Of a stretch of DNA of 64,000 bases, positions 28,478-43,330 are shown in pieces. The stretch is from assembly GCA_951406725.2 (NCBI GenBank), contig OX597828.1, positions 11,842,001 through 11,906,000 of the forward strand. The letters are read 5' to 3'. A program made the translations under genes and the position numbers. This DNA comes from Octopus vulgaris. Lineage: Eukaryota. Position 1 is the stretch's first letter. Each line of letters begins with the position of its first letter. A model generated the notes under the pieces. The model saw nothing but the letters and a program-made list of their open reading frames with translations. It had not been told where the DNA came from and did not search any database.

Positions 28478-29002
28478 TGTATGTATGTATAGATTGATAG
28501 ATAGATAGACAGATGGATAGATGGATAGATAGCTAGATAAGCATGCATGTGTGGACAAATATACATACATACATATACGCAGAGTTGTATATGCGTATAT
28601 ATATGCATGTATGCGTATACAGTTATAGATATAGATTAAATACATATATTCAAAACAATATAATATATCATTATGGAGGAAAATGTATATTTACATGAGT
28701 ATATAATATACACGACAGTATGAACTTGTTTAACGAATAGATAATAATACAAACATTTCTGTCATAGAGTTCTAAGGACACATACACACATGCGTGCTTG
28801 TGTGTGTTTGTGCATGTGTGAGTTTTGTTTGACGGACTGCATGTGTGTGTATCTTTGCTTGTTTATATGATAATTCAATCGAAGGTTTCATAGAATAAAC
28901 AATATGACATCTATGAATAAGAAATATTCCAGCGTAAATTACTTCTAACACGAACTTTCCATTGCATAACTATATATATATATAAACAAACATATATACA
29001 TG

Positions 29003-29059
<57 letters not shown>

Positions 29060-29131
29060 AACAACTTAAATAAATAGGCTTATAATACAGTATGTACTAT
29101 ACTTATGCATTCTACATATATATATATATAA

Positions 29132-29187
<56 letters not shown>

Positions 29188-29190
29188 GTA

Positions 29191-29249
<59 letters not shown>

Positions 29250-29340
29250 GTACATACGTACATATTCATGTGTGTGTGTATTTATATGCTAGTTACACTT
29301 TATGTACGATATATACAACCAATATATAATATCCTATACG

Positions 29341-29390
<50 letters not shown>
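28197..29390. repeat. Compound (CT)n/(TA)n/(TATG)n microsatellite region
   Basis: Directly visible. Confidence 0.9.
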
Positions 29391-29394
<4 letters not shown>

Positions 29395-29550
29395 AATATC
29401 ATCAACTGTACATACTTTTATAAAAACAGACAATATCTAATAAATAAAACATATCGTATAATGAATGAGTTAAAATTCATGGAAACGAAATTAATATACT
29501 AAAAATGAAAATAAATAAAAAATACGAAGGTTTGTTTCTCTTTTACTTAC

Positions 29551-29604
29551 CGTCACACATATTGCCAGTATGACAAGCAGAACGAAGCACGCATTCGACA
29601 CCAT
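29551..29604 (-). CDS. ITIH: ITIH-like gene, first coding exon (signal peptide MVSNACFVLLVILAICVT)
   Basis: Seen: ATG at 29604, 18 codons with hydrophobic core FVLLVILAICV, ending at a consensus donor ACG|GTAAGT in phase 0. Inference: it splices in phase to the phase-0 VIT exon at 5439, giving ...ICVT|GDGSPQ with a plausible signal cleavage site. The symbol is family-level only. Confidence 0.75.
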
Positions 29605-29616
29605 CGTTATGTCAGC

Positions 29617-29704
29617 ACTGAATGATTCTGGTATGTAACTATTATATCAGTCTACGACCAGCGGGAGTGTTTCCTGTCCATTTTACTAGCTTCTTTTTCA
29701 TTGG
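29617..29704 (-). promoter_or_regulatory. Putative core promoter of the ITIH-like gene (CCAAT, TATA-like, TCAGT initiator)
   Basis: Minus strand: CCAAT at 29704-29700, TATAATAG at 29646-29639, TCAGT at 29621-29617. The spacings are about -85 and -27 from the initiator A, which lies 15 nt upstream of the ATG. Confidence 0.45.
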
Positions 29705-29914
29705 TGAAAGCATTTAAAATCGGTTACTTTCTCAAATCTCACTTGTTACACATTTCAATACCGGATCCTTGAGGTTTTCGTCCGACTATATTACAGTGAC
29801 TATTATTTACTATAGTAAACAACTTGTAAATATATACTATATTAATTATTATCGTAATATGTATGTATGTGAGTTTACATAATGTTAACACTGTACGTAG
29901 CAAAAAAATAATGT

Positions 29915-31180
29915 TTGTCTCGAAATTGTGTAGGAGGATATTGTCGATTAAATCGAATCCGCTCCTTGATAGGATCATATTTTATCGACCTCACCCACCG
30001 GAAAGTGCGGTCGACCTCAATAGGGTTTGAACATGAAACCTAAAGTTGTTTAAATGTGACAAAACTTTACCGAACGGGAATAATGATAGGGATAGTAATG
30101 GTTTTAGATTTTGCCACAAGGGCGACCATTTGTGGGAGTGGGTGGATGAGTCGATTATATCGACCCCAGTATGCAACTGGTACTTAATATATCGACCCCG
30201 AAAGGATGAAAGCCAAAGTTGACCTCGGCAGAATTTGAACTCAGAACGCTGCGACGGGCGAAATACCTATTTCTTTACTACCCACAAGGGGCTAAACACA
30301 GAGAGGACGAACAAGGACAGACAAACGGATTAAATCGATTATATCGACCCCAGTGCGTAACTGGTACTTATTTAATCGACCCCGAAAGGATGAAAGGCAA
30401 AGTCGACCTCAGCGGAATTTGAACTCAGAACGTAGCGACGGGCGAAATATCGCTAAGCATTTCGCCCGGTGTGCTAACGATTCTGCCAGCTTAGTAATGA
30501 TGATAATAATAATTCTTTCTACTATAGGTACGAGCCTGAAATTTCGGGAGAGGGGACTAGTCGTTTATATTGATCCGCGCGTTCGACTATAATAGTATTT
30601 AATTTATCGATTCCTAAAATGTGAAAGGTAAAGTCAATCTTAGTGGCATTAGAACTTAGAATCTAAAGACGGTCGAAATGCCGTTAAGCATTTTGTATGG
30701 CGTGCTAATAATTTTGTCAGCTCGCTGCTTTAATAATAGTTTCAAATTTTGATACAGGGTGAAAAATCTCGGGGGAGAGATAAAGGGATTTCAGCGACGC
30801 GAGTACTACACGGGTATTTAGTTTATCGACGCCGAATGAATGAAATGCAGAGTCAACCTCCTAGGAATGTATACTCAAAATGTGGAGACGGACAAAATGC
30901 TGCTAAGCATTTGGTCCGTCACGCTAACGATTCTACCAGCTCACCGCCTTCACAGCCTTAGTAATAATAGTTTCAAATTTTGTCACGAGGGCAGCCATTT
31001 TGGGGAAAGGGATGAGTCGATTACATTGACCCCAGTGTTTTGCTGGTACTTAATATATCGACCCCGAAAGGATGAAAGGCAAAGTCGACCTCGGCAGAAT
31101 TTGAACTCAGAACGTATCGACGGGCGAAATACTGCTAAGCATTTCGTCCAGCGGGCTAACGATTCCGTCAGCTTGCCACC
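29915..31180 (-). mobile_element. Chain of SINE family A copies immediately upstream of the ITIH promoter
   Basis: At least five core units separated by (AAT)n. Confidence 0.82.
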
Positions 31181-31209
31181 TTAATAATAATAATAATACT
31201 AATAATAAC

Positions 31210-31242
<33 letters not shown>

Positions 31243-31270
31243 TTAAAAAAAAAATAATAATAATAATAAT

Positions 31271-32300
31271 TCCCAAACTGAACAACCCGAGGGAAATACG
31301 GCAACTATTGTTGCAAAGAAGGTGAAAATAATGGCAACGAAAAAAGTGCACGAGCAATTGGCTGATAGGTGGGAGGAGAAACCTCTGCACGGCAATTATG
31401 TGGCCCGTAGCAAACAAGCTGATGTTAACCAGAAGCAAACCCATCAGTGGCTACGGAGCTCAGGGCTAAAAGCAGAGAGCGAAGGTTTCATCCTGGCTGC
31501 TCAAGATCAAAGCCTATTAACCCGGAACTACCAGGCCAATGTGATGAAAAATGGAGCAGACCCAAAATGCCGATTCTGCAACGACATGATTGAAAGAGTG
31601 GACCACCTAATCTCTGGATGTTAAGTCTTAGCACCAGTGGAGTATAAATTAAGACATGACAGAGTTGGCCAATATCTACACGGGCTAATAAGTCGGCATT
31701 ACAATATCAAAACTGCCGACAAGTGGTATAATCACCACCCTGAGCTGTAACTGAAGGAGAAAATGTAACGATTCTGTGGGACTTTCCAGTACATACAGAC
31801 CGAACCATCAAAGCCAATAAACCGGATATTGGTGTGAAAGACCAAAACAATAAAGTTTGCTTATTGATCGACATGAGCATCCGCTGTGATCATAATATCT
31901 CGGCGAAAGAGTTTGACAAGCTCAGAAAATATAAAGACCTAGTCATTGAAATTGAGAAAATGTGGCATCTCAAGGCGGTTACAATACCAGTGATCGTAGG
32001 AGCACTAGGAATGATTAAGAAGGGAACCGAAAATAATATGAGAATGATCCCTGGCTTACCATCCCTGCAAGAAGTGCAAAAGATTATCTTAACTGGTACA
32101 TCACACGTATTGAGAAGAGCATTGTCGATGTGAGAACTATTACTACCCATGTATTTTAATTTAACTTGAAAAAAAAATGAACGAACTAGTGAGTTTAGTT
32201 TAATGGCCTACCAATTTATACTATGAGTTTCTTTGCCCTGGGAGTCGGGAAGACACTCGGCAAGAAATGGAAGCAAATTTGAAAGAAGAAGAAAATCCCA
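31271..32300 (+). mobile_element. 5'-truncated R4/Dong-clade RLE non-LTR retrotransposon (pseudogenised)
   Basis: KPLHGNY..WLRSSGLKAESEGFILAAQDQ..CRFC..HLISGC (CCHC knuckle), RHD, KPDI..LID..EFDKLRKY (PD-D/ExK endonuclease), IPVIVGALG. It has an internal stop and frameshift and is flanked by (TAA)n. Confidence 0.9.
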
Positions 32301-32302
32301 TA

Positions 32303-32379
<77 letters not shown>

Positions 32380-32608
32380 TCCTTTCTTCTATAGGCACAA
32401 GGTCTGAAATTTAGAAGAAGGGGTTGAGTAGATTACATCTACCCAGTACTTAACTGGTGCTTAATTTATCGACCCGAAAGGATGAAAGGCAAAGTCGACC
32501 TTGGTGGACCTTGAACTCAGAATGTAGCATCGAGAGAATTATAGCTAAGTATTTTCCCTGACGTGCAGACGGTTTTGCCAGCCCATCGCCTTGATAATAA
32601 TAATGATG

Positions 32609-32674
<66 letters not shown>

Positions 32675-32758
32675 GTAATAATGATGATAATGATGAAGAT
32701 GATAATAATAATGATGATGATGATGATGATGATAATAATAATAACAACAACAACAACG

Positions 32759-32839
<81 letters not shown>

Positions 32840-33170
32840 GTCTCTAAAAGAAATGGAGAAACTCTCAAAATACAAAGACCTGGAAATAGAGGTAACTAGA
32901 ATGTGGAATCTGAAAACAGAAACAATTCCTATCATAGTAGGTGCATTAGGCATGATAAAAAATATTCAGACAAATACATAACAAAAACACCAGGACTTAC
33001 AAACACATATAACATACAGAAAATTGCACTACTAGGCACTGCACACATCCTACGCAGAACACTTTCCATACAATAACCATCAGAGCATCACAACAAATCA
33101 CAGCACATACCCAAGGCACACAGAGCTGCGCTCGGTAGTGAAGTGAAAGCACGCTAAAAAAATAAAACTA

Positions 33171-33173
<3 letters not shown>
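32840..33173 (+). mobile_element. Short 3' fragment of an R4/Dong-type LINE
   Basis: EKLSKYKDLEIEVTRMWNLKTETIPIIVGALG..LGTAHILRRTLS with its 3' UTR, between (AAT)n arrays. Confidence 0.85.
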
Positions 33174-33240
<67 letters not shown>

Positions 33241-33242
33241 TA

Positions 33243-36090
33243 AAAGATTCTATGAATAAACGGCAGACAGTGCTACAGCTCCAGACAACAGAGGGACTCA
33301 TAAAAACCAAAGCCATCCCCATTTGAAGAGCACTACTCAAGAGAGACACGCTCTCACTACTTTTCTCCTTGACACTGGCACTTTTAACTGACATGCTAAA
33401 CAGAACTGGATGTGGACACAACTGTTACGACAAAAACAATCAGCCATCTCTTGTATACGGATTACCTAAAACTGTAGGGTACAATAAATAAACAACTGGA
33501 AATATTATTATAGAGAGTACATGGATTTACCAAAAAAATAAACATGAAATTTGACTTAGAAAAATTTGCGAAAGCAACACTGAAAAGAGAAAAACTAGTT
33601 AAGAGTAGCAACATCACACTAGATAATGCAAATGAAATAAGAGAATAAGGTCAAAGCAAGACATACAAATACTTAAGAACCAATGAACCAGTTATGATAT
33701 AACAGACAAATATGAAAGGGAAAATAAATATGGAATACTATAACCGATTAATATTAATAATTAAAACAGCGCTCAATGCGAAAACAAAATAATAGGCATG
33801 AACACTCTAGCCGTCCCAGTCATAAGTTACAGCTACGGTATTCTTAACTAGACTCTAGATGAACTAATTTAAATAGACAGGGAAACAAGGAAAATAATGA
33901 CAGGATTTAAGATGCATCAGCCAAAATCTGACATAGAAAAGCTATATATACTACGTATCGAAGGTGGTAAAGGCCTCATACAGCTTATACAGAAGCTGGG
34001 AAACTATTACAAAATAACCGCCCTAGGACTACTGAAAAACCTACTTCAGAAGCAAGAAAAACTAATAGAAATAGCCACAAAATGCGAACAAAACAAAAAA
34101 CTGTTTACAGACTTTTGAGAAGCTGATAAAAGAAGTTATAGTACCTAACAACTATGAAGAAAAGGGAGAAACAACAAAAGAAGGAAAACAACTGAAATCC
34201 AAACTAAAACTGAAACAGTGACGGATTCATGATAAAACGATGGCAAATATTTGGTTAAAATAAACAGAAAAGAAATAGACAAAGCAAAATTCCAACGATG
34301 GCTGAGAAGCTTAGGACTCAATGCAGAAACTGAAGGATTTTTAATTGTAGCACAAGATGAAAGCCTTCCTACCAGAAATCACCAAAAGCATCTAATAAAA
34401 ATATATTCGGATCTAGTTAGTTTCATTCGCGAAATGAGGCCCCTTTAATTTTGCTCAGATTGCTTTCAATTTTGGTGTGTCGATGCAACTCTGAATTTTA
34501 ATAACAATCAACCAATTACTTTATATTGCAAATTAAAGGATTTGATATTATTTGGAATTAATTTGGGAAATTTGGGTGATTTTAGCTAAACAACAGACAG
34601 CGTAGCATTAACATGTTGTTACCATGATAACCACACGCTGTGTTGTGTTTCACTTCACCAGCGTCTGTGCCGCACGTTGTTCCGTGTTGATTCCTTTCAC
34701 CCGCGTGTTTTGTTCTAATTTCTCTGAGTGTTAGTATATTACATATTTTTCTGTGCTTCTGTATGTTAGTATTTTCACATATTTTTCATTTCATACATTT
34801 TGGGGGCAAATTCTTTGTTGACCAGTGTAATTTTTATCGTAGTTTACAAACCCAATCATGAAAACGTTACTCAACTTTGGAATTTTGCAGACAGACGTCC
34901 CCTTTTCACACACACACACACACACAGAGGCACACATACAAGCACTTATATATTAATGATGTACACAAATATATGACAGGTATACATAATACTGAAATAC
35001 ACATAAAGTAAACATATACAGACAAATATATTTATATAACAAATTTTAAAATGTAATAAAAACATACACTCAATGAAAAGACAAAAGAAACAGTAAGAAG
35101 GTACATGTCGATTTTATTAGGTACTTCTGTTTATTTAGAAACCTACAATGAAGAGGTCATTTCACAGACGCTAAACTATAAATTTCACAGGGTTCAACCT
35201 TAAAGTTGACACCACTCCGCTAAACGAAGAAAATTTCTATCTCGCTATTGGCTAAAAAAATACAGTTTTTTGGGTTTTTTTGATATTTAAACCTCTGAAA
35301 TTTTTCCTCAAATTTTTTTTCTCTACATCATACCTTCATAGAAATAAGATTGAAAACTACATTATTATAGCCGAATTTCAGATTTTTTACTTCCTTTTAA
35401 AAAAATGCATATTTTGTGAATCAGTCTAACTAGATCCAGAGATACAAGTAACTGCATGGAGATGGAGAAGAAACAATAAATCATATTGTCTCTGGCTACC
35501 CAGTCCTGGCTTTGAAGGAATATATTTACAGACACGGCAGAGTTGGAATCTATATACACTGGAAGTTATACCAACGCTATGGAATAGCACCAGAAAAATA
35601 TGGTATAGGAACATGCCAGAAAAGGTCACAGAAAATGAGAAAACAACCATACTCTGGGATATGCCAATACGCATAGATAGAGAAATTAAGGCCGGATATA
35701 ATTGTCAGAGATCATCAAGAAAAAACGCTTTCTAATCGATGTATCAGTACCAACAGATGACAATGTTTCACTAAAAGAAACGGAGAAACTTTCAAAATAC
35801 AAAGATCTGTAAATAGAGGTAACTCGAATGTGGACCCTAAAAACAGAAACAATTCCCATCATAGTAGGCGCATTAGGTGTGATAAAAAACATTCAGAAAA
35901 ATATATGATAAAAACACCAGTGTATATAACATACAGAAAATAGCACTACTAGGCACCGCACACATACTACGTAAAATACTTTCAGTACAGTGAAAATAAG
36001 AGCACAACAACAAACCACAGTACATACTCAACGCAAACAGAGCTTCGCTCGGTAGTGTAGTGAAAGCAGGTGATAAAAATATGACTACTG
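33243..36090 (+). mobile_element. R4/Dong-type LINE remnant (RT C-terminal half to RLE), interrupted at 34409-35437
   Basis: Decayed RT motifs (GD.LS.L.F; SHLLY.D.LKL), HQPKSDIEKLYI.R.EGG.GL, WLRSLGL.AETEGFL..AQD, then RPDI and IPIIVGALG after the insertion. The 3' end is similar to that of 32840-33173. Confidence 0.88.
34409..35437. mobile_element. Non-autonomous DNA transposon with GG-terminal TIRs
   Basis: ggatctagttag.. / ..ctaactagatcc (12 bp perfect, extendable imperfectly). It splits the LINE reading frame. The superfamily is not determined. Confidence 0.75.
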
Positions 36091-36111
36091 AATAATAATA
36101 ATAATAATAAC

Positions 36112-37180
<1,069 letters not shown>

Positions 37181-37659
37181 TAATAATAGAAAATTTAAAA
37201 CTTTAATATCTAAAATTTTCTGTGATAAGTTTACCCTTCTTTTTTCGCTGACTACTCGAATATGTAAATATACTTTTTATTGCAACAAATTAAATGCACA
37301 CTAAAGATTAAGGAGATAAGCACCTGCCAATATATACAAACTGCACAATTAGGAAAATTGTAAACCACAGCAAAACATAAAAGAAGAAAAGAAAATTTCA
37401 AAAATCCAAAGAAATCCCAACCCAAAATGTCCAAACATTCAAGTTCAACGATGTAAACATCAGTATATATATATATACTGTCGCCTCCCCACCCTCCAAC
37501 AACATCACGCCACACCACACTACACCATACAACATTACACATCACAACATACCATCCACACACTCATCCCCACATTTTCACACCTATACATACATACACG
37601 CACACGTCCAGACCACCAGCCCTCTTTCACACGCACATACATAGTCTCTTATACACACA

Positions 37660-37939
37660 TGCACCTTCGTGTTGGGGGTCATCTTTACCTTGTTATCTCC
37701 CCTACTTTCCTTCTCATGTTTGACCCTTCTGTCCGGCACTAGTCGCCATGATAGATCGTTAGCCACTACACACATTTTTTTCTCTCCTTGTTTCTCTCCT
37801 TGTTTTTTCTGTGTCCCTTTCTGTAGAAGGGCGTAGGCTCGAAACGTAAAAGATTTTTTCTATTCCTGAGCGTTATACTAATACATCTGTTTGTTTTGTG
37901 CACCACCTGTCTTCGTCTTTTGTTTTTTTCGTAAACTCT

Positions 37940-37942
<3 letters not shown>
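37660..37942 (+). mobile_element. Small Penelope-like element with a hammerhead-like motif, ending at (TA)n
   Basis: Motif at 37817-37852: cttt-CTGTAGA-a-gggc(gtag)gctc-GAAA-cg-TA-aaag. Confidence 0.65.
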
Positions 37943-38021
<79 letters not shown>

Positions 38022-39487
38022 ACATTATTATTTTTTCTATCATTAATGAAAAACAGAAAAAGTTGAAGTGGCTCTTTCCAAGGCCATGGTCAGCGCTCTC
38101 ATTGATCGCTAGTAGTAGTAAATACATTTGTCCTCTGCTGACCGCAAGGGTATGACGCTTCTTTTGTACCCTGATCGCACAGGAATGCGAAGCTTCTTTG
38201 TTGATATCCTTCTCACCATCTGCCCAACCTGTTTACAGACCTGTGGAATTTGGTCTATTTATCAAGCTGCTTCTTTTTCTTCTACTATCTCCTCCAACCC
38301 TCATATCATTAACATTAATACGACAATTTGTTTTTTTGCACATATCTGACGTGTGTGTCACTCTTAAGAGAAAGAAATTGATGAAAGAGTTTAAAAATTG
38401 ATGAAAGAGTTTACTTAAACTTAAATAAAATTTTTAAACTCGATCTATTATAATTTCTGGAAGTGATTTGAAACCACTACCTACTTCTCAAGACCCATGC
38501 CTACTGGGCCACCACCGAATTAGCAACGATCTCAATGAGAAAATTAAGATACTTAAATCTGACGAGTGTGTCGAGCAAGGGACAGAGGAAGTGAGAGAGA
38601 AAGAGAGAGGGTGAGAGGGAGTGGATGAGAGACATTTGAATTCGTTTCTACGATTGATCAGAAATTGACCCCTAGCTTTTAAAGGCCCATCCACAAAAAA
38701 ACACATACACACATTTATTTTAGGCCTTCTACAGATTTGAATCCGGCCATACACCAGATAACATGTTAAGTGTTATGTTCCGAAATTTAAAGTTTGAATT
38801 TGTTTTAATTATAAAATTACCCCTCAGCAAAAAAATAACTTTTGGCTTTCGAATACAACTTTTACTTTCGCTTTCTATATTTTGCATTTAAAAAAAGTTC
38901 ATAGAGCCAAATAAAATAAAAAATATTAATTCTATTTTTTCCATTTCTTTAATACTAACAAGAGAATAGTATGAGAGAGATTTGGCTGTTATTTCTAGCA
39001 AATTAAATAACCACACAGAGTTGTTCAATTGGCTCGTTTGCTGATGTGTATAAATAAACAAAAACTAAAAGATACACACACATATGTATGTATGTATGTA
39101 TGTGTGTATGTGTGTGTGTGTGCGATAATAAGTGTCGTGTGGTGGAAATAAACGCAACTTTCTTTTTTTGTTAAGTTAGAATTTCTCTGTTTTAATCAGG
39201 ACTTTTCCAATTTCTTTTTACTTGTATCAATTGACGAAAGCATCTAAAAAATATTGAATTCATAGAACCGAACAAAATCAAAAATACTTTACTTTTTACT
39301 TTCCTACTATATTATTGATCAGAGATGCACATATCCTGAGCCGCTAAGGGATATGCTCAACTGGTTAAGGTTAAACAACTGACAAGCTAATCTGTGGTAT
39401 TGAGCAGAATATTTGCTGTAGCCCATCTTTTATTATTACCATTATTATTGTTGTTGTTGTTGTTTTTGTTGTTGTTGCTATTGTTAT

Positions 39488-40642
39488 TCTGAAAGACTCT
39501 TGGATAGTCCTTAATTCCTGGTTATTCTTTGCTTGAAAGCAGGCAATAACAAATCACCAGATGTTTCAAGTAGTGCCTTCTCCTGTGACTCAGAGACAAT
39601 ACTCTCCTTAGAATTCGAGCTGTACCCAACAATGCCGTCATTTGGATCACCTCGAACCTGACAGTAGCTCCAACATTCTTAATATGTATTTCAAAGCCCT
39701 TGGAAACGGCTCCTAATGCTCCAGTTACCATCGGTATCACCATTACTTTCCTCATGCCCCATAACATTCCTATTTTGTCATGCAGTGGCTGGTATTTCTC
39801 AATCATTTCTGTTTCCTTACATTTCAACCTCGAATCGCCTGGTATTGCAACATCTATTATCTTTACTTATTTTTCATCTTTATGGATGAGTGCAATATCT
39901 AGTCGTCTCGCCTGTATGTTAAAATCCCATACTGTTTTGTAATGTTCGTTTTCCATTACTCCCTCTGGCTTGTGTTCACGCTATTGTTTGGCTCTTGCGA
40001 GGTTTACTTTACCGCACAACAGCCAGTGGACGTAGCTGGCCACATTGTCGTGTATTCTTTTGCATTCACGTTGTGCGAACTTACAGCACTCACTAACAAT
40101 ATGGCTTATACTTTCTCCCATCTCAGAGCACATCTTACCCTATGGCGAGTCAGTGCTTTTATCAATGTGATATTTGGAGTTGTTTGTTCTAAGAGCTTGC
40201 TCTTCAGCACAGCACACTAATGCCACAGTGGGCCCTTTTAAGTCTCTTTTCTGCAGTCATTGCCAGGTTCTATTCCAATCAATCTTATCTTTATTCTTCA
40301 AGAACTGATTGTGCATTTTCTTGTCCTGCGAAAGTTTCTTCGTCTGCACTCTCTGGTCTTTTTTTAAATTGTGTTGAATCTACGGCTTCGTTTGCTTTTA
40401 AGATTCCATGCATTATTCACTGCTTGAATCATTTCTTATTTACGCCCCTTGACATACCAAGCCAGGTTATTCTCCTCTTCCCTTAACAACAAACCAATCC
40501 CCGTTCTCCTTTCCTCTTTACCTACAGTCTTGACACATCACACTCGAGGTGTAGTTCCTTGTTCCTTGTCATTAATTTAAGTATTCTCCGATCTATCGCT
40601 TGTAATTCATGCTTCTTTCAAGATACTATTCCTGTCCCATAT
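39488..40642 (-). mobile_element. R4/Dong-type LINE fragment, further subfamily
   Basis: EKYQPL..VIPMVTGALG..LLGTARILRRVLS plus upstream decayed AQEQ and knuckle regions. It is bounded by (TTG/TTA)n and (TTC)n. Confidence 0.85.
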
Positions 40643-40666
40643 CTTCTTCTTCTTCTTCTTCTTCTT

Positions 40667-40697
<31 letters not shown>

Positions 40698-40932
40698 TTA
40701 TTATTTCTTCTTCTTCTTCTTCTTTTATTATTATTATTATTATTATTAATTATTATTACCTACGTTCTGGGTTCAAATTCCTCTGAGGTCGACTTTGCCT
40801 TTCCATTCTTTCGAGATCGATAAAATAAATACCAGTTGAGTACTGTGGTTGATGTTATCGATCGCCCCCTCTCCACAAAATCCAGGCCATGTACATATAG
40901 TAGGAAAGAATATTATCATTATTATTATTATT

Positions 40933-41331
40933 TGGCTGTGTGGTAAGTAGCTTGCTTACCAACCACATGTTTCTGGGTTCATCCCACTGCGTGGCACCTT
41001 AGGCAAATGTCTTCTACTATAGCCTCAGGCCGACCAAAGCCTTGTGAATGGATTTGGTAGACGGAAACTGAAAGAAGCCAGTCGTATATATGTATATATA
41101 TATATGTATGTATATATATATATGTATGTGTGTCTATATGTTTGTGTGTCTGTGTTTGTCCCCCAACATCGCTTGACAACCGATGCTGGTGTGTTTACGT
41201 CGCCGTAACTTAGCGGATCGGCAAAAGAGGCCGATAGAATAAGTACTAGACTTACAAAGAATGTCCTGGGGCCGATTTCCTCGACTAAAGGTAGTGCTCC
41301 AGCATGGTCAGTCTGAAACAAGTAAAAGAGT
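40933..41331 (+). mobile_element. SINE family B
   Basis: Consensus match. Confidence 0.88.
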
Positions 41332-41658
41332 ATTATTATCATTATTAGATATTCTGCTTCTTTGGACTGACTTGTTTCATATATATTTTTAACGGATTTC
41401 CACCCCATTTCATTTTTTTGTCAGCCACGCCATATCTTTGCTTCAGACTGTTGGATCTTCTGTCAACCTCGACGATAACCATACGTTATTTGATTAGTTA
41501 AATTGGCACTTAGGAATGAACTGTAGATGGCTCAGTATTCCTAAAGATCCTGCAATCTTTCACGTAAAGATCTAGCTAAATCCGCGAGTAGCACAGTGAC
41601 AAGGCACTAAATTTAAATTACAGATACAAATCCAGTTTAAGAAAGAGTGAGAGAGTGA

Positions 41659-41702
<44 letters not shown>

Positions 41703-41999
41703 AAAGGACACAGAGAGTGGGGGTGGAGAAATCGACAAAAGGATGATACAATATTGATCTATCCGAACAGGATGATGGATAATATTAATCTTGGCAGGAT
41801 TTGAATTAAGAACACAGAGACCCGAAATGAATAACGTAAGACGTTAGCTATTGCTGTATCGATCCTTTACCAGAACATGTTTTGTTGAAGACAATGTCAT
41901 ACTATGTAGTAAATTACTATAAAGTAAACAAAATTATTCTAAACAACTGAGAAAGACACCTTCCACAAAGCTGACATGACATATTTTTCTATATTTTAT

Positions 42000-42277
42000 C
42001 TTATATTTGTTTCAGTGATTTTACTGCGGCCTTACTGTAGAGTTTTAGTCAAACTAACTGCTTCACAGGAGTTGTTTTTTAAACCTAGTACTATCGATGC
42101 CGTTTGCCTAATCGTTAACTTATGGGGACCTAAATACACCAATACCGGTTGTCAAACGGTGGTGTGGGACAAACACCGACACAAAGACACACACACGCAC
42201 ACACGCACGCACACACGCACACACGCACACACACAAACACACACTCTCACACACACACACACACATACATATATATA

Positions 42278-42315
<38 letters not shown>

Positions 42316-42487
42316 TACATACACAACAAGCTTCTTCCACTTTCCGTCTACCAAATCCACAAACAAGGCTTTGGTCAGCCCGTGGCTGTAGTAGAAAATA
42401 CACGCCCAAGGTGCCATGCAGTGGGACTGAACCCAAATCCATGTAGTTGGGAAGCAATCCTCTAACCACACAGCTACGTCTGCGCTT
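42000..42487 (-). mobile_element. SINE family B (older)
   Basis: Consensus match with an expanded (CA)n/(TA)n tract. Confidence 0.8.
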
Positions 42488-42639
42488 TATTGGTACTAAA
42501 TATTCCTATGCTTAAACCTAATAGTTATTTTCAGGTTGATGTCATTTTAAATATTTATATATAAATCTTTGTATCTGTATACATTATAATATCTAGATCT
42601 CGCATTCTACATCTCAGAATTTACACTACTTCATGGCCC

Positions 42640-43330
42640 TATGCATTCAAGGTTCACTGTGTTATAGGACCTGCAGTGAAGTACTTGTAAGCTTCTACAT
42701 CGATTTTCAAGCTACTTTAAAGATCTACCTGTATATACTCTCAAGTAACCTCTGCAGGTCTTCAATATTTTGCGGGGTTATAACGGCCTTTGGTATCTTG
42801 GTGCCGTCGGTATATTTAGTAAATTTAGCTGCGAGAATACGTTTGTATTATTAGAAATAATAATAGTTCCAAAACAGTTCCCGTGACGTTTCGTTCTGGA
42901 TTAGTCATCATTATGATATAGCATTGTAATCAGCTACAACTTGGTTTCAGACTATCAAAACTTCATTTAATCGCTCTTTTTATTTCTCTTGTTTTCCACT
43001 TGTACCTGGGACGCTTTACTCCATGATCGCCTTTGTCAAAATATTATGCGAAGCCTATAATTGCCTGTTTGAGTAGCCAATGTAAGGATTAGTCGTGATG
43101 CTACTGCAACTGTGTAAGACAATTTATGAGGGAAACAGTGTTTTGTATCCTTTGATAAATGATTTACATAACAGCTGTCCGAGGCATTGCATGATGAAGA
43201 TAATCATTTCATCATAATTTAAGCTGGATTAGAAATTTGAAATTCAAAGCAGATTGTCGGATGCTCATAACCAACCTAGGTTGTAGATAATCACCCGTAT
43301 GAGGGCTGTTATCCTTAATCATTACTATAT
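42640..43330 (-). pseudogene. Highly decayed CR1/L2/Jockey-type reverse transcriptase remnant
   Basis: Minus-strand remnants FDKGDHG, GTVLELLLFL (cf. GTVLGPLLFL) and KYTDGTKI..EDLQRLLESIY (cf. YADDTKI..LQ.DL..IY.W). Confidence 0.6.

Noticed and set aside
32450-32953. Poly-N/I/Y/L ORFs (also 10627-10977, 37035-37304, 56934-57218, 61226-61420)
   Set aside because: Trinucleotide repeat arrays, not proteins.
38080-38350. Unique-looking GC-richer segment with short ORFs
   Set aside because: No recognisable motif or consistent splice signals, so it cannot be assigned.
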